Below are positions 10,262 through 17,909 of a stretch of 38,787 nucleotides of DNA, in pieces; within the stretch, counting starts at the first letter, position 1; each line of letters starts with the position of its first letter. The position numbers and the translations under genes were made by a program. The notes under the pieces were generated by a model, which saw nothing but the letters and a program-made list of their open reading frames with translations, did no database searches and was not told the origin of the DNA. Source of the stretch: a virus (Duplodnaviria; Caudoviricetes); the IMG/VR virus record IMGVR_UViG_3300035109_000099, positions 1 to 38,787 of that record; one strand, 5' to 3'.

Positions 10262-11446
10262 TTACTCAAAAATGTACATAATTTCGTTATTGCCGGTGTC
10301 GGTCGGCTTAACGTCAAAGGTGATTTGATGATCGGCAATGCCGTCATCCTTACTAAATTTAATGCCGGTCGGCTGGAGTTTTGGACAAAATACCCCGACG
10401 GTATTGCCGGCCACGGTGCCATGCGTCATCGTCAAAATGCCTTCGCCGTTGGCTTGGATTTTGTCGTACCAATTCATGGTCGCTATTTTTTGCGCCCGGG
10501 TGGTCACGCTCAGCGTGGTATTACGATTCAGGATGTGTATCGCTTGCTCATTGATCGGGTTTTTAAATTTGACCTCGTTGCCATGGTCAAACGCAAACTC
10601 AGTAAATACCGGGTTGCGCAACGAGAACAGCGTCACATCGCTGGTAATGGTTGTGCCGACCGGAACCGGCGTTTGCCAACCGGAAAAATCGGCCGTTGGC
10701 AGTGAGATGTCTGAAATGATGCCGAGTAGACCCTGGAACTCAAACTGTAGCACCGGAATGCCGTTGGCTTTGATGCCCGGCTTAAACGTACCGCGCGCTC
10801 CCAATAGAATATGCCGTGTGCCGTCCAGGTAAAAATACAACGAACCGGAAGTGCTGGCAGCCAACGCCGAATTCGAGTTCGGCAGATAAATAGCGTTCGC
10901 ATCGATCGAATATTCGCTAGTCCCGTCCGGCGTCGTCGAGAATGTGCCAGTTACAGTAGCGATCTTCGTTGTGCCGTTGTATGCAGTGATGCGCCCTTTA
11001 TAACCGTCGGCAGAGCCTGCCGTGACTCGCAGAGGCATACCCACGTAATAACCGTCTACCGCTGATGCCCCGGCCGCTAATTTGATGCTGGTTGCCGAGC
11101 CACCGGCTTGCGCCGTACCCGTCACCGCCGCCGCTAACAACTGCTCGGTGATATTGCACATTTTCATGAGTGCGGCCAGCTTCGGCGCAGTACCCGCCGT
11201 GCCAGGCCCCGCCCACTCAACAGGGAAACTGATTTTCACGTAGTTTGATACGCGAATACTGCCATTATTGCCCATGTAAGGCCTGATAATATCGCGCTTG
11301 ACCGATTCGCCCTCTAGCGGGTCAATCGTAATTTCACCGCACAGGATACTACCGGCGCTGGTCGGCACGGCGTCGACGCCATAGCCGACCGCTTCCGGCG
11401 CAGCAAAAAGGACTTGTTTGCGTAAATTTAAAGTGTCTGATGCCAT
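10262..11446 (-). CDS. Major tail tube protein (non-contractile type)
   Basis: 394 aa; YGVDAVPT...PLEGESVKRDIIRPYMG N-terminus; lies before the chaperone/tape measure genes; no sheath gene seen. Confidence 0.8.
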   Translation of the reverse strand: MASDTLNLRKQVLFAAPEAVGYGVDAVPTSAGSILCGEITIDPLEGESVKRDIIRPYMGNNGSIRVSNYVKISFPVEWAGPGTAGTAPKLAALMKMCNITEQLLAAAVTGTAQAGGSATSIKLAAGASAVDGYYVGMPLRVTAGSADGYKGRITAYNGTTKIATVTGTFSTTPDGTSEYSIDANAIYLPNSNSALAASTSGSLYFYLDGTRHILLGARGTFKPGIKANGIPVLQFEFQGLLGIISDISLPTADFSGWQTPVPVGTTITSDVTLFSLRNPVFTEFAFDHGNEVKFKNPINEQAIHILNRNTTLSVTTRAQKIATMNWYDKIQANGEGILTMTHGTVAGNTVGVFCPKLQPTGIKFSKDDGIADHQITFDVKPTDTGNNEIMYIFE

Positions 11447-11451
11447 GGCAA

Positions 11452-11703
11452 TTACTCAGGTTTATTAGCATCAACAACCGCTTTTTCGGCCGGCTTTGAT
11501 GCGGGTTTGGGTTTTTCTGCAACCGGTTCAGGCGCTGGAAGCGGGGCTTTTTCCGGAGCGGGTTCTTCCGCCGCTTTGGTTATCGGCAGCGGCTCTAAAG
11601 TGACCGGATCAACCGCAACCCGTTCGCCGTCTTTTAAAAGGTAAGTGCCCGGCTCACCGGCATAGCCGTCATGATGACCGGGGTTTTGATCTTGATCTGG
11701 CAT
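11452..11703 (-). CDS. Small Pro/Ala/Glu/Lys-rich hypothetical protein
   Basis: ATG at 11703 preceded by a GAGGTGG RBS and the promoter at 11739-11783; preferred over the TTG at 11724. Confidence 0.7.
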   Translation of the reverse strand: MPDQDQNPGHHDGYAGEPGTYLLKDGERVAVDPVTLEPLPITKAAEEPAPEKAPLPAPEPVAEKPKPASKPAEKAVVDANKPE

Positions 11704-11738
11704 AAGCCACCTCGTGTGCAGCAATTGATGTTGAGCAC

Positions 11739-11783
11739 AGTATAAAAAGTGGGCTTAGCGGGCGGTATGCGAAGAGCTTCGCA
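11739..11783 (-). promoter_or_regulatory. Activator-dependent late promoter for tail genes (putative Mor box plus -10)
   Basis: Perfect palindrome TGCGAAG-AG-CTTCGCA (11768-11783), 23 bp, then TATACT (11744-11739 on the - strand). Confidence 0.75.
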
Positions 11784-11821
11784 GGACTGGAAATATTACG
11801 AGGCGTTGAACGCAAAGGTTA

Positions 11822-12250
11822 TTACTGAACCGTAAGTGCTCTAACACGATGACGAGTGATAAAATGATCGGCCCACAGCAAGAGCCCATCTTTGCAATAC
11901 AGCATCTGATGGCCAGCGTAGGTGATCGCTTCGTAATCCGTTGCCGGCGACCAGTTTAATAACGCGGCGATTAATTTTGGGCGCAGCACATCCATATCTT
12001 TAGACGCGGCAAGACCGTGCATATCGGCGACATTGCGCACTGCGAGTATCACGCCAAACAGGTCATCAACGCTCTGGTCAATGGCATTGACCAAGGTATT
12101 CTCGCCAGCCTTGCCGCGCGGCATTAAAATACAAGCAGAAGGATAGGTTTTCAGTGCGGCAATCGCCAGCTCCAGCGTTGGGGCGGCAGTGACTTGTTTG
12201 AGTTCCGACAGTTGGGTATCAATGCGGGATAAAGTGGGGGCTAACTGCAT
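11822..12250 (-). CDS. Tail terminator/neck protein (Mu gp37-like position)
   Basis: 142 aa directly after the gp36-like gene; FGVILAVRN...LLNWSP...LLWADHF pattern. Confidence 0.7.
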   Translation of the reverse strand: MQLAPTLSRIDTQLSELKQVTAAPTLELAIAALKTYPSACILMPRGKAGENTLVNAIDQSVDDLFGVILAVRNVADMHGLAASKDMDVLRPKLIAALLNWSPATDYEAITYAGHQMLYCKDGLLLWADHFITRHRVRALTVQ

Positions 12251-12661
12251 TTACCAACGCCCACTGTCTCGGCTAAATACGCTGGTTGATGAGGACATTT
12301 CCGCAACGGTTCCGGTGTCTGTTGCCGCCGATCCGGTTGCATCGACGACAGCAAGATCCTTTTTAGCCATTTTTTCCAGTGTCTTTATCGCATTGTCATA
12401 GCGGTTTTTGACATGATCGGGGGCGCTATTCTTATATAAATGGTAGCGGGCAATATCGCAGGCCAAATCGACTACATCATCAGCGGCTAACGGTAAATCC
12501 TCCCGGCCGGATAAATGGCGGTTGATCTCCCTATCTGCACGCGCAATAGCCCGATCGACAATGACCTGATCGACAACACCCAAACCGGCCTCATCAGTCA
12601 GCTGGATCAGCTCGGCCTCGGTAAATTCGTCGATCAGGTTTTGTTGCGTGCAGTAGGGCAT
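12251..12661 (-). CDS. Head-tail connector, Mu gp36 / DUF1320 family
   Basis: MPYCTQQNLIDEF...ELIQLTD...LACDIARYHLY...RYDNAIKTLE signature. Confidence 0.88.
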   Translation of the reverse strand: MPYCTQQNLIDEFTEAELIQLTDEAGLGVVDQVIVDRAIARADREINRHLSGREDLPLAADDVVDLACDIARYHLYKNSAPDHVKNRYDNAIKTLEKMAKKDLAVVDATGSAATDTGTVAEMSSSTSVFSRDSGRW

Positions 12662-12663
12662 TA

Positions 12664-12897
12664 TTACTCGTTACCAGGTTTATCGCCTGATTCAGGCTGT
12701 TCGATCTCAATGTCATCGATAACCAGAAGTTTTTCCTCGCGGATTTGTTTCAGCTGCTCTTTGGTTAGATCACTAACTGGCACTTCCGTAGTGCCCGACC
12801 ATTCTCGCCCGCCGCGTCTAAACCCTGCCTGGGTAGTTCTGACTCGGATACCCGGCACTGTTTTCACGCCATCTTCTTTTTTAGTAACTGCTGCCAT
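12664..12897 (-). CDS. HI1506-like Mu prophage protein
   Basis: 77 aa with the GFRRGGREWS...LTKEQLKQIREEKLLVI motif; follows the capsid gene. Confidence 0.7.
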   Translation of the reverse strand: MAAVTKKEDGVKTVPGIRVRTTQAGFRRGGREWSGTTEVPVSDLTKEQLKQIREEKLLVIDDIEIEQPESGDKPGNE

Positions 12898-12944
12898 AAT
12901 TAATTCCTACATTCTAATAGTCGGGTTTCCCCGCCTAACTATAC

Positions 12945-12976
12945 AAAAGTTGGGGCACGACCAATGCCGCCCCCAA
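12945..12976 (-). terminator. Probable intrinsic terminator after the major capsid gene
   Basis: On the - strand GTTGGGGC-12 nt-GCCCCAAC followed by TTTTGT, 12 bp after the capsid stop. Confidence 0.6.
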
Positions 12977-12988
12977 CCATCAGAACCA

Positions 12989-13894
12989 TTAGCTCGCGCC
13001 GGTGCTGCCGTAGCTGAGCTGCCAAAAACCATACAACCCAGTCGCGCGCGCTTCAGCGCCGAACTTGTATTCAGCCTTGTTAAACACGTCGTCATTTTCC
13101 TCGCTGGTTTGCGAGACAAACACTGGACTTTTGCGCATTTGTACGATAAATGGCTTAACTGACTGCTTACTAGTCACGTGCAACATCCAGCGGTTATCTG
13201 TAAACGTTGGGTTAACCAGGACTTTGGCGGTGCCTTTATATGGGTTGGGGCTGTTATCCCCTAATTTATCGGCAGTCATCAGGATGTTGGCGACTGCCTC
13301 TTGCGTGGGACCGACCTCCAAAGTATCCGGAATCAACCGTAGCGGCATGCCTTCATCATCGGTAAACAACATAATTGCGGCCCTACCGTCACCGTAACTG
13401 GCTTTAGCAGCAGCGAGCGTGGCAGAGGAAAGCGCCGCCGTACCCTTATTACTAACGCTAGCGCCTTTAACGACATGATCAGTGTCGTAAAAAAACTGCC
13501 CATCGATACCGTGCTCAGTAAACGCATTAACCTTTAGATCATCAACGATTATGTCATGCAGCTCGCCGGCCGCCTCTCCCGCCATTTTTGATTGAGTGTT
13601 GTAAATACCGAGCTGGTCGTCTTCGATATCGTTGCGCTTGACTGATATCGTAGTTTCCCAGTCTTCGTTCTTTTTATAATACTTGCCGGCTTCCAAGCTT
13701 TTAATATGTTTTTCGCCGATCCACTTGCGCATCTTCGGAAAACGCGACAACCAGGCGTAATCCTCGCCGGCACCTGTAGACGTAACTTCCATCGCCGTCG
13801 CTTGCCAATTGCCCGGCTGTGCGGTCAGCGCATTATTAAAAATAGTTTTAAGCCCGGTAAAGATCGCACTCAAACTTTGTTTATTGACTAACAT
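12989..13894 (-). CDS. Mu-like major capsid protein gpT
   Basis: 301 aa; YAWLSRFPKMRKWIGE, DIEDDQLGIY, DGQFFYDTDH and GFWQLSYGS motifs. Confidence 0.93.
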   Translation of the reverse strand: MLVNKQSLSAIFTGLKTIFNNALTAQPGNWQATAMEVTSTGAGEDYAWLSRFPKMRKWIGEKHIKSLEAGKYYKKNEDWETTISVKRNDIEDDQLGIYNTQSKMAGEAAGELHDIIVDDLKVNAFTEHGIDGQFFYDTDHVVKGASVSNKGTAALSSATLAAAKASYGDGRAAIMLFTDDEGMPLRLIPDTLEVGPTQEAVANILMTADKLGDNSPNPYKGTAKVLVNPTFTDNRWMLHVTSKQSVKPFIVQMRKSPVFVSQTSEENDDVFNKAEYKFGAEARATGLYGFWQLSYGSTGAS

Positions 13895-13907
13895 ATCACT
13901 CTCCTAA

Positions 13908-14759
13908 TTAGGCGCTGGGGGTAATCAAAAAGACTACGTGTCCAAGTTTCGCGGCGTCGTTTGTGCCGCCCACGGTAATCGAAAGCACGTCGCCGACCGC
14001 CACGGTTTTTGCTGCCGAAGGGGTAACGCTATCCACATCGCCAGCGGCGCTGCCGGCTTGTGTCACGGTAATCGAACCGCCCGTCACAGCGGCTGCGCCG
14101 ATCTTAGCGGTCAGCGTGGCGTCGCCCGTAGTCAAGGCCCCGTCGATGACACTGTAAATTTTGGCAATATCGCCCGCTATAGGCGATACCACGCGTTTGA
14201 TCTCGGTATTAGCCCCGACCAGATCAATATCGCGAATTTCCAGCATCATCTTATTAGCGCCACCTCCCAAATTTCCGCGCGCCGTAGCGGCCGATGCAAG
14301 GTCGGATAGATTGCTGGCAGCCAATAGGGCACCAGCTGGAGCAACTAAGGCGTCCTGGCCCATACGCACCCACACCCCATCCGAGTCGACATCTTCAATA
14401 ATGCCGGCTGGCGAGCGAGTACTTGATCCAGAGGTTTTAGCCACCGTCTGATCATCGACGATGTAGCAGACATTACCCACATCGGCCAATGTAATCGCGT
14501 CGCCAGCGGCAGAGTTAGCCCAACGAAAAACGCCATTTTCAACAGTGCCGTTCATATCCCCGGCACTGCCCGCGCTGTTGTCCACTTGTTCATTGATTAG
14601 GCCGACGCACTTCAATCCGGTGGCCGTGCTGCCCTTGGTGAGATAGCCGCTGGAATTGATGACGCCGATGCTGCCGGCGTACACCTTGACCACAGCCAAC
14701 GGATAACTAAATTGTTGCCCGGATCGTGTTGGGGTATTCCGGTCTTTTGTGAGTGCCAT
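13908..14759 (-). CDS. Capsid cement/decoration protein with C-terminal extension
   Basis: MALTKDRNTP...CYIVDDQTV...DGVWV N-terminal domain between protease and capsid genes, plus about 150 extra residues. Confidence 0.7.
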   Translation of the reverse strand: MALTKDRNTPTRSGQQFSYPLAVVKVYAGSIGVINSSGYLTKGSTATGLKCVGLINEQVDNSAGSAGDMNGTVENGVFRWANSAAGDAITLADVGNVCYIVDDQTVAKTSGSSTRSPAGIIEDVDSDGVWVRMGQDALVAPAGALLAASNLSDLASAATARGNLGGGANKMMLEIRDIDLVGANTEIKRVVSPIAGDIAKIYSVIDGALTTGDATLTAKIGAAAVTGGSITVTQAGSAAGDVDSVTPSAAKTVAVGDVLSITVGGTNDAAKLGHVVFLITPSA

Positions 14760-14781
14760 GTCTGTTCCTTATAGTTACGGG

Positions 14782-15366
14782 TTAATTTTTGAGCGATTGC
14801 TTGTACGCTTCCGGGTCAATTTGCATCTGTCGGCAGACGGCTAATTCCTCATCGCTTAACTGGTCGTCAGCAGCTGGAGGCTTCTTGCCGGTGGTCTGCA
14901 TGCCGGATAGCGCGGCAATCGGTTGGGCGACATCGAGATAGCCTTGTAAAGCCGCAATGTCTTTTTTGCCCATATCGGTAAGCCACTGTTTAGATGCAGC
15001 GCCGATAATGCGACCGGTTTTAACGCCGTCCTCGATCAGCTTTTCGATCTGCATATCTACGGTATCGCCGGATAAGGCTGCCAGTTTGCCGTTTAGTTCA
15101 TTGACGACTTCAATCGGCACGTATTTAGCGGGATCGGGTGTTAAGCTGATATGCGCCGTTGCGGTGCTGACTTGCGTAGTCAAGGCGGCGATTTCAGCAT
15201 TTTTGGCGGTCAAGTGATCGATCAAGCTGGTTGCGGCGGCATCGGCTGCATTGCTGCTGAGTAATGCCTTGGCTTTATCAAGCTCGGCTTTAATTTCATC
15301 CAACGTTGCTAACGTCGGCAAATTAAACATCCAGCGCAATTGCTCTAAAAGTTCTTCAATATCCAT
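14782..15366 (-). CDS. Internal in-frame scaffold protein (Mu gpZ-like)
   Basis: In-frame ATG at 15366 (MDIEELLEQLRW) preceded by GGAG; matches the nested I/Z arrangement of Mu. Confidence 0.65.
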   Translation of the reverse strand: MDIEELLEQLRWMFNLPTLATLDEIKAELDKAKALLSSNAADAAATSLIDHLTAKNAEIAALTTQVSTATAHISLTPDPAKYVPIEVVNELNGKLAALSGDTVDMQIEKLIEDGVKTGRIIGAASKQWLTDMGKKDIAALQGYLDVAQPIAALSGMQTTGKKPPAADDQLSDEELAVCRQMQIDPEAYKQSLKN

Positions 15367-15942
15367 AATGGACTCCGTGGGGTTGAGTAATGTATTAGCC
15401 GCCAAAAGGTTGGCAGCCGCGACTGTAACGGCTTGCATGCCGTCAATCGCGGGGTTGTTGGTCAGCGCGACGTTGATAATGTCCAGCACTTCGCCGGTTT
15501 TGGCATCGTAAGAAAACACAGGTGATACATAGCGGATTTCATCGGCGGCAATATGGCCCGATGCAGCCGCCGTAAATTTTGGATTTAGCGCAAACAGACC
15601 GGGATGAGCGGCGGGAGGTTCTCGCCACTCCAGCGTTTGCGGACCGATCCAGCCCGCAGCAACGACCGGCTTGCCGTTTTGCGCCGTCAACAGCGATTGG
15701 TGTTCGTAGTCGATGACAATGTCGTTTGAACGCCGGGCTACTGTTGCGATTAAGCGCTGTGCGGCGGCGGCATCCAAACGCCAAGGGCCTTTGCCGCGTA
15801 AAGCGCCGCGCGGTGCATCGAAAGTGCCGGCCGGGAATAATTGCATGGCAGCATCACCGCTGCCGCTCAGCTCAAAAGAGCAGACGGCAATCGCGGCTTT
15901 AGCGGGCAATGGTACGGATTGAGATGAGTGTTTTTTTGTCAT
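14782..15942 (-). CDS. Mu-like prohead protease gpI with C-terminal scaffold
   Basis: IVIDYEHQ, AAGW, RYVSPVF and ALTNNPAIDGM motifs; start set at 15942 because the 15951 ATG overlaps the -10 hexamer. Confidence 0.92.
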   Translation of the reverse strand: MTKKHSSQSVPLPAKAAIAVCSFELSGSGDAAMQLFPAGTFDAPRGALRGKGPWRLDAAAAQRLIATVARRSNDIVIDYEHQSLLTAQNGKPVVAAGWIGPQTLEWREPPAAHPGLFALNPKFTAAASGHIAADEIRYVSPVFSYDAKTGEVLDIINVALTNNPAIDGMQAVTVAAANLLAANTLLNPTESIMDIEELLEQLRWMFNLPTLATLDEIKAELDKAKALLSSNAADAAATSLIDHLTAKNAEIAALTTQVSTATAHISLTPDPAKYVPIEVVNELNGKLAALSGDTVDMQIEKLIEDGVKTGRIIGAASKQWLTDMGKKDIAALQGYLDVAQPIAALSGMQTTGKKPPAADDQLSDEELAVCRQMQIDPEAYKQSLKN

Positions 15943-15949
15943 GGACTGC

Positions 15950-15994
15950 ATCTTAGGCAGTCATGAGCGAGGGGGGTATGAGAAGAACTTCTCA
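15950..15994 (-). promoter_or_regulatory. Activator-dependent late promoter for protease/capsid genes
   Basis: Perfect palindrome TGAGAAG-AA-CTTCTCA (15979-15994), 23 bp, then TAAGAT (15955-15950 on the - strand). Confidence 0.75.
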
Positions 15995-16024
15995 GTGGGT
16001 GGTTTTGGTTTATTATGTGGTTTT

Positions 16025-16051
16025 GTTGGGTTACAGCTAGCGCCTAACCCA
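16025..16051. repeat. REP-like palindrome remnant
   Basis: TGGGTTA (16027-16033) pairs with TAACCCA (16045-16051). Confidence 0.45.
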
Positions 16052-16191
16052 CGGCTGTTGCTTTGCGCTTAGCGTTTATTTGGCCAGGGCAGATGGTGTA
16101 AGAGAGTAATATAGTTCTATACTCGAATCGGCTGGAGGCCGCATTCTGCCGTTAAAATTTTCATGTTTAAAAATATAAAGTCATATACTGG

Positions 16192-16401
16192 CTACTGATC
16201 ATTGCGCCACCATGTCACCCGCTCCCAGTAGGCAGAACGTTCACGAAGGCCAGATCTAAAATGCTCTTCTTGTTGCATTTGACTTTCTGTAAGCCCACAT
16301 TCAATCGCCATAAAACTCAGTTCACTAAGGGCTTCTGCGGCCTTATCCATTGCAGCTATGGCATTTTTTACTATTTTTTCACGCTGTTTAATCGTGCTCA
16401 T
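16192..16401 (-). CDS. Hypothetical protein
   Basis: 69-aa helical ORF with an AGGTGA RBS. Confidence 0.6.
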   Translation of the reverse strand: MSTIKQREKIVKNAIAAMDKAAEALSELSFMAIECGLTESQMQQEEHFRSGLRERSAYWERVTWWRNDQ

Positions 16402-16580
16402 CTAGTCACCTACTTACTCGACTTAATTACCTGGGTATAGGACTCTATTACTCAGTTTCCAACTTTATTACTTACCCACAGATGGCTGAATTCGTCAACC
16501 AGAACTGGGTGCTGCCAGGCTAACCTGCAACGCTGATAGGTGCATTTATTGATATATGCACCTATTTGTGTGTCTATTTC

Positions 16581-16736
16581 GCGTTAGCAGCCCTCTACTC
16601 GCTTGAATAGATGACAGCTCCATGACATCGACAGCACGTCGAATCTAGTCATCGCCATTTTATGATCTGTAAAAAACTCCGACTGCCTGTCTTTATCATC
16701 AAAAATAATTGCCCAGTCAACCTGGGCTTCTAACTG
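16581..16736. repeat. Copy 1 of an exact 156-bp direct repeat
   Basis: Base-for-base identical to 17088-17243 (offset 507). Confidence 0.95.
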
Positions 16737-17012
16737 CTCTAATCCACTCCATTGCCAATCGCTAATTCCATAAGGCCGTCGATGGCTTTTGTAGTGCTCT
16801 GGGCGGCGTTCAATGTCGCGGTACAAAGCCATTTTATTTCTGCTGTACTGCAACGGCTCTCTTGGGGCCGCGCTTTCCTTCGCATGCAGCCGCCACCAGA
16901 CAGCGGTCCAGTAGTAACAGCGCGGCCAGCCTTCCTTGCGCTCCATCTCTCCAGCGTGGCACATAGCTTCTTGCAGAGTCATTGGTTTGGCTATTCTTTG
17001 TGTCATCAGCAT
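16584..17012 (-). CDS. Hypothetical cassette-borne protein (fusion of two cassette ORFs)
   Basis: ATG at 17012 lies within the attC R'' core (alternatives 17006 or TTG 17066); the last 50 aa are identical to those of the neighbouring ORF; the stop TAA overlaps a GTTAGCA core. Confidence 0.55.
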   Translation of the reverse strand: MLMTQRIAKPMTLQEAMCHAGEMERKEGWPRCYYWTAVWWRLHAKESAAPREPLQYSRNKMALYRDIERRPEHYKSHRRPYGISDWQWSGLEQLEAQVDWAIIFDDKDRQSEFFTDHKMAMTRFDVLSMSWSCHLFKRVEGC

Positions 17013-17096
17013 AACTCTCTGGTCAAATGGGACGCGCCTAAGGTTCAGCGCGTTACTAAAATTCAATCGTGCGCGCCCTTTACCAGGGCGTTAGCA
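17009..17096 (+). other. Integron-type attC recombination site (88 bp)
   Basis: R'' GCATAAC, 5-nt spacer, then GGT[C]AAA[T]GGG[A]CGCGC, which pairs perfectly with GCGCGCCCTTTACC (17071-17084) once three extrahelical bases are looped out; 5-nt spacer, R' GTTAGCA. Confidence 0.85.
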
Positions 17097-17243
17097 GCCC
17101 TCTACTCGCTTGAATAGATGACAGCTCCATGACATCGACAGCACGTCGAATCTAGTCATCGCCATTTTATGATCTGTAAAAAACTCCGACTGCCTGTCTT
17201 TATCATCAAAAATAATTGCCCAGTCAACCTGGGCTTCTAACTG
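17088..17243. repeat. Copy 2 of the exact 156-bp direct repeat (mini gene cassette body)
   Basis: Begins at core GTTAGCA and ends at inverse core TTCTAAC; the two cores are 6/7 complementary. Confidence 0.95.
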
Positions 17244-17375
17244 TACATTTAACTCAGACCCGCCGACCTGTGGCGGTTGTGTAGCCATGTAGGGTGCGCA
17301 TCGCGCACCATTTACGAATGCTCTTATTATGGGGCGTTGAAAAAGGGGCGCAATGCGCACCCTACATGGCTTCAT
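17091..17375 (-). CDS. Hypothetical ORF reading through REP and attC remnant into the cassette body
   Basis: Start overlaps the upstream stop (TAATG); the N-terminus is encoded by repeat DNA, so it may be a chimera or non-functional. Confidence 0.4.
   Translation of the reverse strand: MKPCRVRIAPLFQRPIIRAFVNGARCAPYMATQPPQVGGSELNVQLEAQVDWAIIFDDKDRQSEFFTDHKMAMTRFDVLSMSWSCHLFKRVEGC
17235..17276 (+). other. Truncated attC (left arm only)
   Basis: TTCTAAC-TGTAC-ATTTAACT-CAGAC, then a CCGCC/GGCGG hairpin; no L'/R' arm, a REP pair follows instead. Confidence 0.6.
17283..17371. repeat. Inverted REP doublet (GTAG family)
   Basis: 19-bp inverted repeat AGCCATGTAGGGTGCGCAT / ATGCGCACCCTACATGGCT; same REP as at 28733-28843. 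Confidence 0.8.
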
Positions 17376-17614
17376 TACTCATGCCCATCCTCATTCACAA
17401 AAAAACTTAATAATGCTTTGCGATGGATAAGAGCAGCATCACGCGATGCATGTGCGATACGGTTTAACACCCACCCCATTTGGCTGCTTCTTTCTTCAAA
17501 TATCCTTGCACCAATTTCACTCTCATCACATGTGATATCCGCGATGTAAAAAGTATCGCCGTATGCAGGATAATCAGTAATTGGTTCTGGTACTTCTATG
17601 CCGTTTATATTCAT
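17375..17614 (-). CDS. Hypothetical phage protein
   Basis: 79 aa, GAGGA RBS, starts MNINGIEVPEP. Confidence 0.7.
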   Translation of the reverse strand: MNINGIEVPEPITDYPAYGDTFYIADITCDESEIGARIFEERSSQMGWVLNRIAHASRDAALIHRKALLSFFVNEDGHE

Positions 17615-17656
17615 TTAAATTCCTCAGTATTGTAGAGTGCGCGGCGCGCTGTGTAC

Positions 17657-17685
17657 TGCATTCCCACGGAGCCCGTGGGAACGAG
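17657..17685. repeat. REP-like palindrome
   Basis: TTCCCACGG-AGC-CCGTGGGAA (17661-17681) in an intergenic position. Confidence 0.6.
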
Positions 17686-17723
17686 AGATTGTCCGTCATT
17701 TTTTTATACCTACCAATTGGCTT

Positions 17724-17909
17724 TTATTCATCATCAAGATATGCTCTCAAGGCGTCCTTGAAATGCTGTGTCGGGTCTCCATATCCCCAACCAATAAAAT
17801 GTGCGACAGATTCATTTAATTGCTGCCAATTAGCCGCCCTAGCGTCAAGATTGTCTAACAATTTTTTAAGCTTTTCTCTTTCGCCCGCTTGTTTCTTTGC
17901 TAAAGACAT
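17724..17909 (-). CDS. Hypothetical protein
   Basis: 61 aa with a GGGAG RBS. Confidence 0.6.
   Translation of the reverse strand: MSLAKKQAGEREKLKKLLDNLDARAANWQQLNESVAHFIGWGYGDPTQHFKDALRAYLDDE

Noticed and set aside
10262-11446. Contractile tail sheath
   Set aside because: No separate tube or baseplate genes; the tube-chaperone-frameshift-long tape measure order indicates a non-contractile tail.
1880-15922. Many + strand ORFs opposite the structural genes (e.g. 12515-13162, 10338-10832)
   Set aside because: Shadow ORFs antisense to well-supported genes, with no recognisable motifs.
16518-16589. A complete attC formed by GGCTAAC...GTTAGCA
   Set aside because: Cores are present but the L''/L' boxes do not pair; treated only as a possible attI-like site.
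16581-17243. Diversity-generating retroelement TR/VR pair
   Set aside because: The two copies are identical with no adenine-specific mismatches, and no reverse transcriptase is encoded in the window.
16025-17685. CRISPR array or mini-array
   Set aside because: The repeats are inverted REP-type palindromes and one long duplication; there are no regularly spaced direct repeats with unique spacers.
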